Shown: positions 16,534 to 26,490 of the stretch, piece by piece
How the letters are laid out: each line of letters starts with the position of its first letter
How positions within the stretch are numbered: the first letter of the stretch is position 1
Assembly (NCBI GenBank): GCA_017609985.1
Contig: JAFCCW010000009.1
Span: 1 to 31,211 of the forward strand
Length of the DNA: 31,211 nt
Direction of reading: 5' to 3'
From: Candidatus Iainarchaeum sp.
Lineage (GTDB): Archaea > Iainarchaeota > Iainarchaeia > Iainarchaeales > JAFCCW01
Notes under the pieces: model-generated
Database searches by the model: none
What the model was told of the DNA's origin: nothing
The model's input: only the letters and a program-made list of their open reading frames with translations
Position numbers and translations under genes: made by a program

Positions 16534-17499
16534 ATGGTTTTGGAATCACTCGTAAGCATTAACACTCTGATAAGAAAACCAGTGCTGATGCTGATAATAA
16601 CCTTTGTTGTAACAACAGCATCTGTCTTCATAGGCCACTCTGCTTTCCCAAGTGAACCAATGGTCACATCCCTGCTAATAGCGGTTGCCCTAGCCCCTAT
16701 GTTTCACTCAATGTTTGTAAAAACAGCAAAAAGTGAAGAAGAATGCAGGGGCTCACCAACAGGATTTTTCGGAAGACACTTTAATGTCATAATGATTTAC
16801 GCTTTTCTTTTCATCGGACTGATTGCAAGCTATGCAATTCTCTACGCAATCCTTCCTGCAGACATGTCCTCATCAGTTTTTGAAAAACAAGACAATACAG
16901 TAAAAGCAATAGAAAACATGCGAAACACAATAACCGGAAAAGTATCAGGAGGAATAACCTGCAAAGCAACAGACTTTGGGTGTGTTTTCAATTTTATTCT
17001 CGCAAACAACCTAGGAGTTATGACTTGGGCATGGATTTTCTCATTCCTCTATGGAGCGGGAGCAATATTTCTTATTTCTTGGAATGCATCCGTGCTGGGA
17101 GTAGTAATTGGAAAAGAGTTAATCATTGCAAAACAGGCATTTCTTTCAGGCAGTCTTGATTTCGGAGACAAGCTATTAGCAGCATTAATTAAACCGCTTG
17201 GATTTCTTCCCCACGGCATACCAGAAGCAATGGGTTACTTTTTTGGAGCAATTGGCGGAGCAATTCTCTCAGTAGCAATTTCTAAAAAAACCCATGGACA
17301 AGAACATCACCACACCAATATTATTGCAAAAGACTTTCTAGCGCTTGTGATAGTTTCAGTTATCTCAATTTCAATAGGAGCCTTGATTGAAACAGCATTA
17401 ATACTGGGAGACCAGGGCTCTGCACTGGCACTCTCAATACTCTACATCTTCCTGTTTACCTTGTTAATAGTGAGTGCAAGAAGAAGAATCAGATACTAG
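16534..17499 (+). CDS. SpoIIM (DUF95)-family integral membrane protein
   Basis: Multiple TM helices, NNLGV, WNASVLG, LPHGIPE. Start 16534 or 16504. Confidence 0.8.
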   Translation: MVLESLVSINTLIRKPVLMLIITFVVTTASVFIGHSAFPSEPMVTSLLIAVALAPMFHSMFVKTAKSEEECRGSPTGFFGRHFNVIMIYAFLFIGLIASYAILYAILPADMSSSVFEKQDNTVKAIENMRNTITGKVSGGITCKATDFGCVFNFILANNLGVMTWAWIFSFLYGAGAIFLISWNASVLGVVIGKELIIAKQAFLSGSLDFGDKLLAALIKPLGFLPHGIPEAMGYFFGAIGGAILSVAISKKTHGQEHHHTNIIAKDFLALVIVSVISISIGALIETALILGDQGSALALSILYIFLFTLLIVSARRRIRY

Positions 17500-17534
17500 T
17501 TTTTGAAACAGACAACTAGCCAACCAGTTCAATT

Positions 17535-18518
17535 CTAGTCATCTAGTTTAATTTTGTTTTTTCCCTCTTTCTTTTTTGCTTCGCTAACAGCATTGTTGAT
17601 GTAAGCCTTCAGAATTTCCTCGTACTTGCCCGAAATAGAACCCTCTGAAATTGAAGACTGTGAAAGCTTGCCTGAAACAGACTCTGCAAGACGTGAAAAC
17701 TCCATTGGAAAAATAAATTTAGTGCTCTTTCCCCTTGAAAGCTCTTCAAGAGCCTTCATGTAATAATAAGAGAGAGCCCTATCAGTAAGACCCTCTGAAG
17801 CTTCCTTAACTGCATCAATCTCTGCCTTGTGAGCATATGCTTTTTCAATTCTCGCAAGCTTTTCCTGAACAGCTGCTTTCTCAGCATGCATTGCATCAAT
17901 AACAATTCTGGGAATGTCAACATCCTTTAACTGAACTCCGTCCACGCTGATTCCCCAGCCCTCTGAAATTTTTTCAAGAAGACGTGTAAGCTCGTTGTTA
18001 ATTTCGTCAATGTTTGCAATAACAGAAGCAAGATTCATTGTGCCGATGACATCACGCAGGGAAGAAATCACATAGTTCTTGACAGCATGCTTGTAGTCTT
18101 CAACCTCCACAACAACGCTTGTCACAGACTTTGTATCCTTTTTAACGCGAAGATAAATCACGGCATCAACCTTGAGCTCGATTGAATCCTTTGTAATAAC
18201 ATCCTGTTTTGGAATGTCAATTGTTTGAACACGCAAGTCCACTAAGTCAAATGTTTCAATCGGAGGCAGGATAAACGCCCAGCCAGGACCCCCCACTCTA
18301 TTAATTTTTCCAAATCTGTAAATTACAGCGCGCTCAAACTCTTTCAGTGTAATGACAACATCCCAGCGCCAGGTCCAGTAAAGAAAAGCAGCAAGAAGAA
18401 TGAGAAAAGGAAGATATTTGAGAAAAAAATTAATGTTTGCAGCAAAAGCAATCAAAGAGCTTAAAATCACAAGAACAAGTGCAATGAAGACAACATATTT
18501 GAAGGACTCGCTTGCCAT
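17535..18518 (-). CDS. SPFH/stomatin (band 7) domain protein
   Basis: N-terminal TMs, ERAVIYRFG, VDLRVQTIDIPKQDVITKD, VDAVIY, WGISVDGVQLKDV, IFPME. Confidence 0.92.
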   Translation of the reverse strand: MASESFKYVVFIALVLVILSSLIAFAANINFFLKYLPFLILLAAFLYWTWRWDVVITLKEFERAVIYRFGKINRVGGPGWAFILPPIETFDLVDLRVQTIDIPKQDVITKDSIELKVDAVIYLRVKKDTKSVTSVVVEVEDYKHAVKNYVISSLRDVIGTMNLASVIANIDEINNELTRLLEKISEGWGISVDGVQLKDVDIPRIVIDAMHAEKAAVQEKLARIEKAYAHKAEIDAVKEASEGLTDRALSYYYMKALEELSRGKSTKFIFPMEFSRLAESVSGKLSQSSISEGSISGKYEEILKAYINNAVSEAKKKEGKNKIKLDD

Positions 18519-18649
18519 AGAAAAACCCGCTGCTGTTAATATTTATTAATAAAGTGTAATCATTAATATATAACTTTAACTATTAAAGAAGTGGGAAAAG
18601 ACCCACACACAATCAAAGAAGCAAAAGAAAAAAGAAGAGAAGCGAGAAC

Positions 18650-19876
18650 ATGGCTGAAGAAAAAAGACTGATGATATTGTGCGTTGACAGAGACGATGAT
18701 TTGGGAAGAAAAACCGGAATCAAAGGGCCCGTAATCGGAAGAGACGAGCTTGTAAAAGCAGCCACTGCTCTAGCAATAAAAGATCCAGGGGAAAGCGATG
18801 CAAACTGTTTTTTTGCAGCAGTCAAAAAATATGATGAACTAAAAAAAAGCTACAAAAACCTTGAAGTAGTTGGAATAACTGGTCAAGGAAAAGCAGGATT
18901 TAAAGCAGACAAGATAATTAATGAACAGATTGACAAAGTTCTTAAAAAATTTCCAAGCGAAGACTTTGTGCTTGTGACAGACGGGGCAGAAGACGACCAA
19001 GTTATTCCAATTCTTCAGTCAAGAGGCAGAATAATGTCAAAAGAAACCCTGATAATAAAGCAGGCACAGGCAGTTGAATCAACTTATTACACAATAAAGG
19101 AAGCACTCAAAGACCCTTTTCTTTCAAGAATATTTTTTGGAATTCCCGGAATAATTTTGCTGTTATACTTTGCAGTTGGAACACTCTCTTTTCAAATAAT
19201 TGCTTTTCTGCTGGGCGCATACCTCATAATGAAAGGATTTGGAATAGAAGACTGGCTTCTCAAAACAGGAAGAAGCCTTGCAAAAAGCATATCATTCCAG
19301 AGAACTTCTTTTCCGTTCTATATTGGAGCAGTTTTTGTGCTCGCATTCGGAGGATACACTGCATATGACAGTTTTATCAAAAGCAGTCTTATTGACCTAG
19401 TGCTAAAAACAGTTGGTTCAGCACAAACAGCATATCTTTTTGTAGTGATTTCCGCGCTTCTGGTAATAATGGGAAAAAGTCTGGATTTAGTGCACTTCAA
19501 AAAAGCATATATGCTGAACAAGCAGTTCATAATGGGGGTTGGAGTGCTGCTCTCTTGGTTTATTCTTGACAGTGGAACAGCAGTTATTCTCAGACTGGCA
19601 GACTTAAACCTGTTCATCATGAGCATTCTGGTTTCATTCATTGTAATGCTGGTAGCATTTAGAATTTCAGAGTCAATTGACATAAGAAAAAAGATTACAA
19701 AACTTCTTGTAGGGCTTCCAATATACGACAAAGAAGGAAATTATATGGGAAAGGTTGAAACAATTGACAAAAGAAGAGACTTGATAACTTACAAAGACAA
19801 AAAAGAAGAAAACAAGATTGTCAGAAAAAGAAACTTCGTATTGAAAGAAGGAAGAATAGTTGCCTCAAGTGCTTAA
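18650..19876 (+). CDS. DUF373-family membrane protein with C-terminal PRC-barrel-like segment
   Basis: LILCVDRDDDLGRKTG-type N-terminus, DPGESDAN, VTDGAEDD, KQAQAVESTYY, then TMs; tail LVGLPIYDKEGNYMGKVE. Confidence 0.85.
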   Translation: MAEEKRLMILCVDRDDDLGRKTGIKGPVIGRDELVKAATALAIKDPGESDANCFFAAVKKYDELKKSYKNLEVVGITGQGKAGFKADKIINEQIDKVLKKFPSEDFVLVTDGAEDDQVIPILQSRGRIMSKETLIIKQAQAVESTYYTIKEALKDPFLSRIFFGIPGIILLLYFAVGTLSFQIIAFLLGAYLIMKGFGIEDWLLKTGRSLAKSISFQRTSFPFYIGAVFVLAFGGYTAYDSFIKSSLIDLVLKTVGSAQTAYLFVVISALLVIMGKSLDLVHFKKAYMLNKQFIMGVGVLLSWFILDSGTAVILRLADLNLFIMSILVSFIVMLVAFRISESIDIRKKITKLLVGLPIYDKEGNYMGKVETIDKRRDLITYKDKKEENKIVRKRNFVLKEGRIVASSA

Positions 19877-19950
19877 GAAAACTAGTTATTTTGAGAAAAC
19901 TAATTAATTGAAGAAATCCAAGCCCAGAAAATTTAAATTAAAGAAACTAA

Positions 19951-21885
19951 TTAAGAAACTGTTTTTGAAACAGAGTGTTTTGGAAGAGCTCTGAGAAGCT
20001 TTGAAAGACCAGAAAGAAGTTTTTTTCTCTTTGGAGACTTGTTAAAAGCAGACTCTAAAACATCTGAAAGAGAAGAAGCAGGAATAATCTTGATTTTTTT
20101 AAGCTCCTGTTTTGGCAAAACAATGTCTTCCCTGTTTGCTCTTGGAACAATAACCTCTTTGAAGCCGGCAGTTATTGCAGCCTGAACCTTGGAAGTTACT
20201 CCCCCGACTGGAAGCACTTCGCCCCTGACTGAAAGCGAACCAGTCATTGCAACATCCTGCCTTACAGGAATCTTTTCAATCGCAGATATTACTGCTGTCG
20301 CAACACTTACTGAAGCAGAGTCACCTTCAACTCCCTCATAGGTTTGAAGAAACTGAATGTGAAGGTCATGCTTGTAAATATCTTTTCCAGAAATATTCTT
20401 GATGATTGCAGAAACATTCTGAACAGCTTCCTTTGCAATTTTTCCAAGCTTTCCTGTCGCAATAAGCTTGCCTTCTGCTCTGCTTGCAGCAGGAGCAACC
20501 TCTGCTTCAATAGGCAAAATCATGCCAGCAGAACCATCTCCGGAAACAGCCAAGCCATTGACTCTTCCAATTGCACTGCCCTTGCTTACATAAACCTCGT
20601 ACTCTTTCTTGTTTTCAATGCTTTTATCAACCATCTGCTGTTCAAGAGTTCGAGAAGAAATCTTTGCCTGATAAACATCCTCTGGCATAACCATCTTGTT
20701 GCCTTTTTCCTTTGCAATATCCCCAGCAGCTCTGATTAAGCCACCAAGTTCCCTTAGCTTGAGAGTTAACCTGTGCTTTTTGTCAGCGCGCTTTCTTGCT
20801 TCAAAAATAATTGATTCAACAGCGCCAGGAGAAAAGTGAGGAATTTTTTCATCCTTCTTGACTTCCTGAGCAATAAACCTGACAATTTTTTTCCTATTCT
20901 CAGGAGTATCAGGCATGTCAATATTCATGTAAATTTCATAACCATAGCCTCTGATTCTGGAGCGAAGAGCAGGATGAACTTTTTCAAGATCCTGGTAATT
21001 TCCTGCTGCTACAAGAACAAAGTTGCAGGGAACAGGGTCAGTTCTAGTCATTGCGCCAGAAGACATTTCGCTCTGACCAGTTATAGAATATTTTTTTTCC
21101 TGCATTGCAGTAAGAAGCTCCTGCTGTGCTTTGGGAGAAAGAGTTGCAATCTCGTCAATGAACAGGACACCGCCAGAGGAACGATGAATCATTCCAGGCT
21201 CTACACGCAGGTGCGGAGGTGTTCCAAGACCACCAGACTGAAGAGGATCATGACGAACATCCCCAAGCAAGGCTCCGGCTCTAGCACCAGTTGCTTCAAT
21301 GAAAGGGGCAATCTTCTTTTTTGCATTATCAATCAAAAGCTTCGGAGTGCGATTAGTATCCTTTGCCTTCATCTGAGAACCAAGAGCAAAGGCAACAACA
21401 AAGAATCCGCCAAGGATAAGCATTGCTGCAAAAACAACATCAGGCATCCAGCCAAGAGACCAGACAATATAAGTAATAATAAACCATGCGAGCGGAAGAA
21501 GCATCACAACCATTCGAGAATTAGCCTGTTCCTTCTCTGACTCAATCCTCTGCTCATCAAGAATTTTTTTTCCCTGCCCTGCTGAAACAAGCTTTACTTT
21601 TGGGTTATTGGAATCAGCATCGTTTGGATAAATCAAAACATCTTTGAGCTTTTGAACAGGCAGGATTTCTGCCATGGCAAGGGCAAGCATGCTTTTTCCA
21701 GTGCCAGGCAAGCCAACAAGAAGAACATTTCGCTTTTGAGCAGCAGCCTTCTTGATTATTTCACAAGAATCCTCCTGTCCAATAACCTGATCAATGACTC
21801 GGTCAGAAACAGGAATTTCAGAAGTATCCTTAAAGACAGATGGCTTAAACTGCTTTTTTGGTTTTTGCTTTTTTGAAATAGGCAT
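19951..21885 (-). CDS. lonB: Archaeal membrane-anchored ATP-dependent Lon protease (LonB)
   Basis: [15 protein letters not shown], two TM helices, [22 protein letters not shown] catalytic Ser, PVGGVTSK. Confidence 0.97.
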   Translation of the reverse strand: MPISKKQKPKKQFKPSVFKDTSEIPVSDRVIDQVIGQEDSCEIIKKAAAQKRNVLLVGLPGTGKSMLALAMAEILPVQKLKDVLIYPNDADSNNPKVKLVSAGQGKKILDEQRIESEKEQANSRMVVMLLPLAWFIITYIVWSLGWMPDVVFAAMLILGGFFVVAFALGSQMKAKDTNRTPKLLIDNAKKKIAPFIEATGARAGALLGDVRHDPLQSGGLGTPPHLRVEPGMIHRSSGGVLFIDEIATLSPKAQQELLTAMQEKKYSITGQSEMSSGAMTRTDPVPCNFVLVAAGNYQDLEKVHPALRSRIRGYGYEIYMNIDMPDTPENRKKIVRFIAQEVKKDEKIPHFSPGAVESIIFEARKRADKKHRLTLKLRELGGLIRAAGDIAKEKGNKMVMPEDVYQAKISSRTLEQQMVDKSIENKKEYEVYVSKGSAIGRVNGLAVSGDGSAGMILPIEAEVAPAASRAEGKLIATGKLGKIAKEAVQNVSAIIKNISGKDIYKHDLHIQFLQTYEGVEGDSASVSVATAVISAIEKIPVRQDVAMTGSLSVRGEVLPVGGVTSKVQAAITAGFKEVIVPRANREDIVLPKQELKKIKIIPASSLSDVLESAFNKSPKRKKLLSGLSKLLRALPKHSVSKTVS

Positions 21886-21899
21886 GGAAAACGATTTGA

Positions 21900-21912
21900 T
21901 TTATATATAAAA
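21900..21912. promoter_or_regulatory. TATA element between divergent lonB and rnz
   Basis: tttatatataaaa in the 73-bp divergent intergenic gap. Confidence 0.4.
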
Positions 21913-21958
21913 AGAGTTTAAAAGTGTTGCTAGGGCAAATCTGTAAAAGGTAATCAAA

Positions 21959-22870
21959 ATGAAACTCGTGCTGTTAGGAACAAGCTGTTCCAATCCAACA
22001 AAGGAAAGAAACCTGAGCTCTACTGCTCTAAAATATTCGGGAATCTGGCTGTTGTTTGACTGTCCAGAGGGTACGCAGAGACAGATTCTTTCCACAGATG
22101 TTTCTTACATGAAAATCAAGTATGTTTTCTTAAGCCATTTTCACGCAGACCATATTCTTGGAATTCCCGGATTGATTGCAACAATGAGCATTCACGACAG
22201 AGACACCCCGCTGACAATTTATGGGCCAAGAGGAGTGGAAAAAATTGTAGATGGATTGCTTAGAACAGGAATGGTTAAACCAAGCTTTGAAGTCAGAGCA
22301 AAAGAGGTTAAAACAGGAACAATCGTGAAAGAAGAAGGATTTGAAGTGAGAGCTTTTCCGCTAAAGCATGATGTTCCATGCTATGGATATGTATTCAAGG
22401 AAAAAGACAAAGAAGGAGAGTTCATGCGCGAGAAAGCAGAAAAGGAAATAGGAATTCCCCCCGGTCCGCTTTACAAAAATCTTGTCGCAGGCAAAACCAT
22501 CAAATGGAAAGGCAAGACAATTAAGCCAGAGCAAGTTATGGATTATTCAAAGGCAAGAAAGGGAAGAAAGATTAGTGTAGTAATGGACACGCTTCCAAGT
22601 GAAAGCTATCTGGACGAGATAGAGAAAAGCGATGTGCTAGTGCATGAATCATCATTTATTGAAAAGCATATTACTAGAGCAAGAGAAACAAAGCATTCGA
22701 CAGCCAAAGAAGCAGCAAGGCTTGCTGAAAAAGCAAGAGTGAAAAAATTGGTATTGACACATATTTCTCCAAGATACAAAAACAATGACTTGATTGAAAA
22801 TGAAGCAAGGCAGGAATTCGGAAACCTTGTCGTGGGACAGGACCTGCTTGAAATAAAAATAAAAAGGTGA
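21959..22870 (+). CDS. rnz: Ribonuclease Z
   Basis: LLGTS..P...RN, FDCPEGTQRQ, SHFHADH, GP-rich exosite arm GIPPGPLY, HES, HST, LTHISPRY. Confidence 0.96.
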   Translation: MKLVLLGTSCSNPTKERNLSSTALKYSGIWLLFDCPEGTQRQILSTDVSYMKIKYVFLSHFHADHILGIPGLIATMSIHDRDTPLTIYGPRGVEKIVDGLLRTGMVKPSFEVRAKEVKTGTIVKEEGFEVRAFPLKHDVPCYGYVFKEKDKEGEFMREKAEKEIGIPPGPLYKNLVAGKTIKWKGKTIKPEQVMDYSKARKGRKISVVMDTLPSESYLDEIEKSDVLVHESSFIEKHITRARETKHSTAKEAARLAEKARVKKLVLTHISPRYKNNDLIENEARQEFGNLVVGQDLLEIKIKR

Positions 22871-22874
22871 AAGC

Positions 22875-23558
22875 ATGAAGTGCGTTATTCTTGCAGCAGG
22901 AAAAGGAACAAGAATGCTGCCACTAACTGAGCACGCTCCGAAAGCACTAATTGAATATCAAGGCAAAGCACTGATAGAGCACGTGCTTGAAGAGTTTGCA
23001 GGAGCTGGTTTCAAAAAAGCAGGAATTGTCGTGGGCTATTTCGGAGAGCAGATAATGGAAAAGCTTGGTAGTGAGTTTAAAGGAATGAAACTAGAGTATC
23101 TGAAGCAGAAAGAACAGAAGGGCACGGGCGACGCAGTGCAGAGTGCAAGAGAATGGGTTAGAGAAACAGAATTTGTCTGTGGAAGCACAGATGTTATTGT
23201 TGGAAAAAAAGACTTGGGTTTGCTAGCAAAAGAAATGAGAGATTGTGAAGCAATAGTTCTTGGCAGAGAATCAAAAGAGCCATGGAGATACGGATGCCTG
23301 AAGATTGAAGAAAACAAGCTTGTGGAAATTGTTGAAAAACCTGAAAAAGGAGAAGCGCCAGGCAAGCTAGTGAATGCAGGAGCATACAAGTTTTCGAAAG
23401 AAATTTTTGAATCAATTGAAAAAACAAAAGAGAGCGAGAGAGGAGAGCTTGAAATAACTAATGCTATTAATTTGCTCGCAAGGCAAGGAAAAGCTTGTTT
23501 TGTGAAAGCAACAGAAACAGTGAAAGATATTGGGTCACTAGAAGATTTGAAAAAATAA
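22875..23558 (+). CDS. Sugar-phosphate nucleotidyltransferase (GlmU N-terminal/RmlA-like)
   Basis: ILAAGKGTRMLPLT..PKAL, QKEQKGTGDAV, EKP, VNAGAY, SERGELEIT. Confidence 0.9.
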   Translation: MKCVILAAGKGTRMLPLTEHAPKALIEYQGKALIEHVLEEFAGAGFKKAGIVVGYFGEQIMEKLGSEFKGMKLEYLKQKEQKGTGDAVQSAREWVRETEFVCGSTDVIVGKKDLGLLAKEMRDCEAIVLGRESKEPWRYGCLKIEENKLVEIVEKPEKGEAPGKLVNAGAYKFSKEIFESIEKTKESERGELEITNAINLLARQGKACFVKATETVKDIGSLEDLKK

Positions 23559-23576
23559 GTATTTTTTTGAATTAAA

Positions 23577-24269
23577 CTATTTATTGAACTCAATTGTCTG
23601 GCCGGGTTTCATGACTTCAACTTTTGTTTTGAGCACGCTTTTTTCAATGCGTTTTCTGAACTCGTGCGGGTCCTGCTTGATAACAGGAAAAGTATTGTAA
23701 TGCATTGGGATTGCAAGAGAGGGTTTGATTATTTTTGTTGCACGCACAGCATCAACAACATCCATTGTCATGTTTCCGCCAATTGGAAGAAGAGCAATGT
23801 CTGCATTGATTTCCTTAAATCTGTTAAGCAAGTCTGTGTCCCCAGCATGATAAGCTACTGTGTTGTCGTCCCCAACTAAAAAACCAACCGGGCAAAAGGA
23901 CTGGCGATGTTGGGCTGGAACCGCAGAAATAGTCAAATTACGAAGCTTGGCAGTTTTGCCAACCTCAAGAGCACGCTTCATATTGTTTGGAAGAGAAACA
24001 TCATCCAGAATGCTTGGATGTGCAACAACAAGAGAATTATTTTTCAAAGCAATGTCCTGAATAGCTTTTTTATCAAAATGATCAAAATGATCATGAGAAA
24101 TTAAAATTAAGGCAATGTCCGTCAAGTCCTTGTCCTTAACTTTGCAGGGCAGGACAGGTTTGAGATTGTCTGGAACAGAAGAATAGTCCATGAACGGATC
24201 GATAATTACATTGCTCTTGGGAAATGCGAGCTTAAAGAAAGAGTGGCCGAAATAGCTCAATTTTACCAT
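23577..24269 (-). CDS. Metallo-beta-lactamase-fold metal-dependent hydrolase (UPF0173-like)
   Basis: YFGHSFF, IDPF, SHDHFDH, YHAGDT, LLPIGG..TM, IPMHYNTFP. Confidence 0.92.
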   Translation of the reverse strand: MVKLSYFGHSFFKLAFPKSNVIIDPFMDYSSVPDNLKPVLPCKVKDKDLTDIALILISHDHFDHFDKKAIQDIALKNNSLVVAHPSILDDVSLPNNMKRALEVGKTAKLRNLTISAVPAQHRQSFCPVGFLVGDDNTVAYHAGDTDLLNRFKEINADIALLPIGGNMTMDVVDAVRATKIIKPSLAIPMHYNTFPVIKQDPHEFRKRIEKSVLKTKVEVMKPGQTIEFNK

Positions 24270-24559
24270 TACATTAGAGATAAGTTTCTTCTGAATTTAA
24301 ACCTACTTATCACAAAATAGGATTAATGAATTAATTTGGTCGCGAGCAATGGATTGAGCAAAAAATTGACAAAAAAGAAAGAAAATTAGCAAACAAAGAA
24401 GGAAAATCAAAAAACAGAGAAGAAAAACCATGAAACAAAAAGAAAAAGAACTGACAAACAAAAAGGAAAGAGAGCCAACAAACAAAAAAGACAATCCTCA
24501 AAAAAAGAAAGCAATCAAAAACTATTTATTGAAGAAAGTTCATAGAATATCTGATTAAA

Positions 24560-25366
24560 ATGAAAGAAAAAATTATTCTTTGCACAATAATTCTGCTTTT
24601 AATCGGAACTGGATTTTCACAAATCTATGAAATTTCATCACAAAAAATTATAGTGGAAGTAAACAAGAACGGAGAAGCAAGCATTCAGGAAAAATTTTAT
24701 CTTACTTTTCCAAATACTTACCAGGTTGAAAAATTTCGAGAAGAAAGTAAGGAACTGGGTTCTTCCCTTGACGCTTGGAGAAATTTTGACAGCAGTTTTT
24801 ATCCACATATTGGAACAGCTTCAGAAATAACAAGTGGAATAGTTAACCCTACTCTGGAGCGAGATGGCGCATTCTACTATTTTGAACTAACATACGATCT
24901 TAGCTCTCCAATAATGCACAAAACAGATGAAACAAGCAGAATGATAACTTACGTGCTTGAAGAAAGAGCAATAAGTGAATTTTTCTCAGGAAACCTTGTT
25001 GTAATACCAAAAGGAACAACAATAAGTTTTGTACTGCCACAGTCAACAGAGATAAGAAAAGTTCCCCAACCAGAAGCAACAACTTGGATAAGAGAAGACG
25101 GAAAAAAAGTCGTGAACTGGACAGGTTACAAAAGTGCAAACGCGTTTATCTTAGAATATGCTTACTGGAAACAGATTGCCCCATCACTTGAAATTTCAAT
25201 GCTTTTTTATTCTCTTATGACAAGCGAGGGACTGCCCCCGATACTTGGATTGCTGATTCTTCTCGCACTCGCAGTTTACTGGAAAAAAAAGGAAATCGGA
25301 TCAAGACTTGAAAACTACATAATAGACCATTCAGATATGGAAAAAACAAGAGAAGATAACGAGTAA
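24560..25366 (+). CDS. Hypothetical surface protein (signal peptide, beta-rich ectodomain, C-terminal TM anchor)
   Basis: MKEKIILCTIILLLIGTGFS signal-like start; C-terminal hydrophobic helix followed by WKKK. Confidence 0.8.
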   Translation: MKEKIILCTIILLLIGTGFSQIYEISSQKIIVEVNKNGEASIQEKFYLTFPNTYQVEKFREESKELGSSLDAWRNFDSSFYPHIGTASEITSGIVNPTLERDGAFYYFELTYDLSSPIMHKTDETSRMITYVLEERAISEFFSGNLVVIPKGTTISFVLPQSTEIRKVPQPEATTWIREDGKKVVNWTGYKSANAFILEYAYWKQIAPSLEISMLFYSLMTSEGLPPILGLLILLALAVYWKKKEIGSRLENYIIDHSDMEKTREDNE

Positions 25367-25394
25367 CTGTTTTTCTTCAGCATGACTAAGAATC

Positions 25395-25580
25395 CTAAAC
25401 ACCCATCGTAGTGAAAGTAACTTCACATGCAACCATTAGAAACAAAATGCAAAGACCGATTGGAGAAAGAATTAATTCTGCAACAAAATCAATGCCAAGA
25501 GCAACTGAAAGATAGAACGCAGTAGCCATTAGGAAAAAGATGAGAAGAATCAAATTCAGTTTTTCTGAAAAAGAAATCAT
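25395..25580 (-). CDS. Small hypothetical membrane protein
   Basis: 61 aa with two hydrophobic helices; starts 2 bp after the previous stop with a GGTG RBS-like motif. Confidence 0.6.
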   Translation of the reverse strand: MISFSEKLNLILLIFFLMATAFYLSVALGIDFVAELILSPIGLCILFLMVACEVTFTTMGV

Positions 25581-25582
25581 GT

Positions 25583-25942
25583 TTACACCAGAACCAAATT
25601 GTAAACTGCAATGAGTAGATAACCCTGAATTGAACTAAGCAAAATAAGCTTGTTCTGAAGAGACGGAGTATTTTCACCAATAAGGATGACCATCAGCTTA
25701 GTAGTGTAATGAAGGAACAAAAATCCTGCAGAAAACACAGTCAAACCAGTGAGTATTTCAAAGTCAACGAAAACAAAAATCAGAAGAATAAACAAAAGAA
25801 ATCCCTTGATAACCTTTTGACCATCCTGAAAAAAGTGCATCAGAGCATAAAACATGAAAAACCAGTGAAGGTTAAACAGAAGCCAGCCTACAAGTTTGCC
25901 CAGGTCCAGAGACAAGACTAACACTAGAAAATCAAGAAACAT
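25583..25942 (-). CDS. Hypothetical membrane protein
   Basis: 119 aa with about 4 hydrophobic helices; AT-rich TATA-like region upstream. Confidence 0.7.
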   Translation of the reverse strand: MFLDFLVLVLSLDLGKLVGWLLFNLHWFFMFYALMHFFQDGQKVIKGFLLFILLIFVFVDFEILTGLTVFSAGFLFLHYTTKLMVILIGENTPSLQNKLILLSSIQGYLLIAVYNLVLV

Positions 25943-26009
25943 AGCAGTTCATACATATAAGCGGATTCAGAGTATAAAAACATATCATTCTTTAACTAAA
26001 CTACGTTAA

Positions 26010-26426
26010 TTAACATTGTTTTTGTTTCTTCTTAAGAGAACGTGCTTTACATATTCTACCGTGAATTACGCCAGAAAACTGGATTTTAAGCAGTTTGAGA
26101 AAATTTTGCAAAGAATAGTCATCTGTTACTACTTCAAATTTCTTGTGCTTTTCCCTTAACTCCATTGCAAGAGCAAGAATTGAGATATCTGCCTTGCTTA
26201 TTTCAAAGCCATGTTTTTCAACCATCTGCTCTGCTTTTTCAGAAAACTGCTTTTCTGGTTCAATTATTTTCAGGGTTTCCCTTTGCAAAGCATTGTCTGC
26301 AAGATTGCGGGAACGCATGTCTTTTAGTTCTGCAAAAACAGCTGAAGTAACAACATATTGATTGCCAAGAATGAAAGAAAAAGAAAAATCATTCAATATT
26401 GCGGAAGCATCAAGAACGTAAAGCAT
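26010..26426 (-). CDS. Nob1-like PIN-domain endonuclease (no zinc ribbon)
   Basis: YVLDASAIL, V.AELKD, ISKADISILALA, VTDDYSLQN. Confidence 0.85.
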   Translation of the reverse strand: MLYVLDASAILNDFSFSFILGNQYVVTSAVFAELKDMRSRNLADNALQRETLKIIEPEKQFSEKAEQMVEKHGFEISKADISILALAMELREKHKKFEVVTDDYSLQNFLKLLKIQFSGVIHGRICKARSLKKKQKQC

Positions 26427-26490
26427 TTAACTACTTTCTGAAGAAAACTCTTTTATAAGGGAATTGTGTTAATGAAAAAAAGGGATTACT

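Noticed and set aside
19875-19960. Repeated agaaa(a)cta motif between the DUF373 gene and lonB
   Set aside because: Short, AT-rich and irregularly spaced; not CRISPR-like and compatible with terminator-region composition.
20836-21540. 234-aa plus-strand ORF and the many other short antisense or overlapping ORFs in the track
   Set aside because: They lie opposite or within well-supported genes and have no recognisable motifs.
24303-24494. 63-aa Phe/Leu-rich minus-strand ORF
   Set aside because: Simple consequence of the poly-A tract on the other strand.
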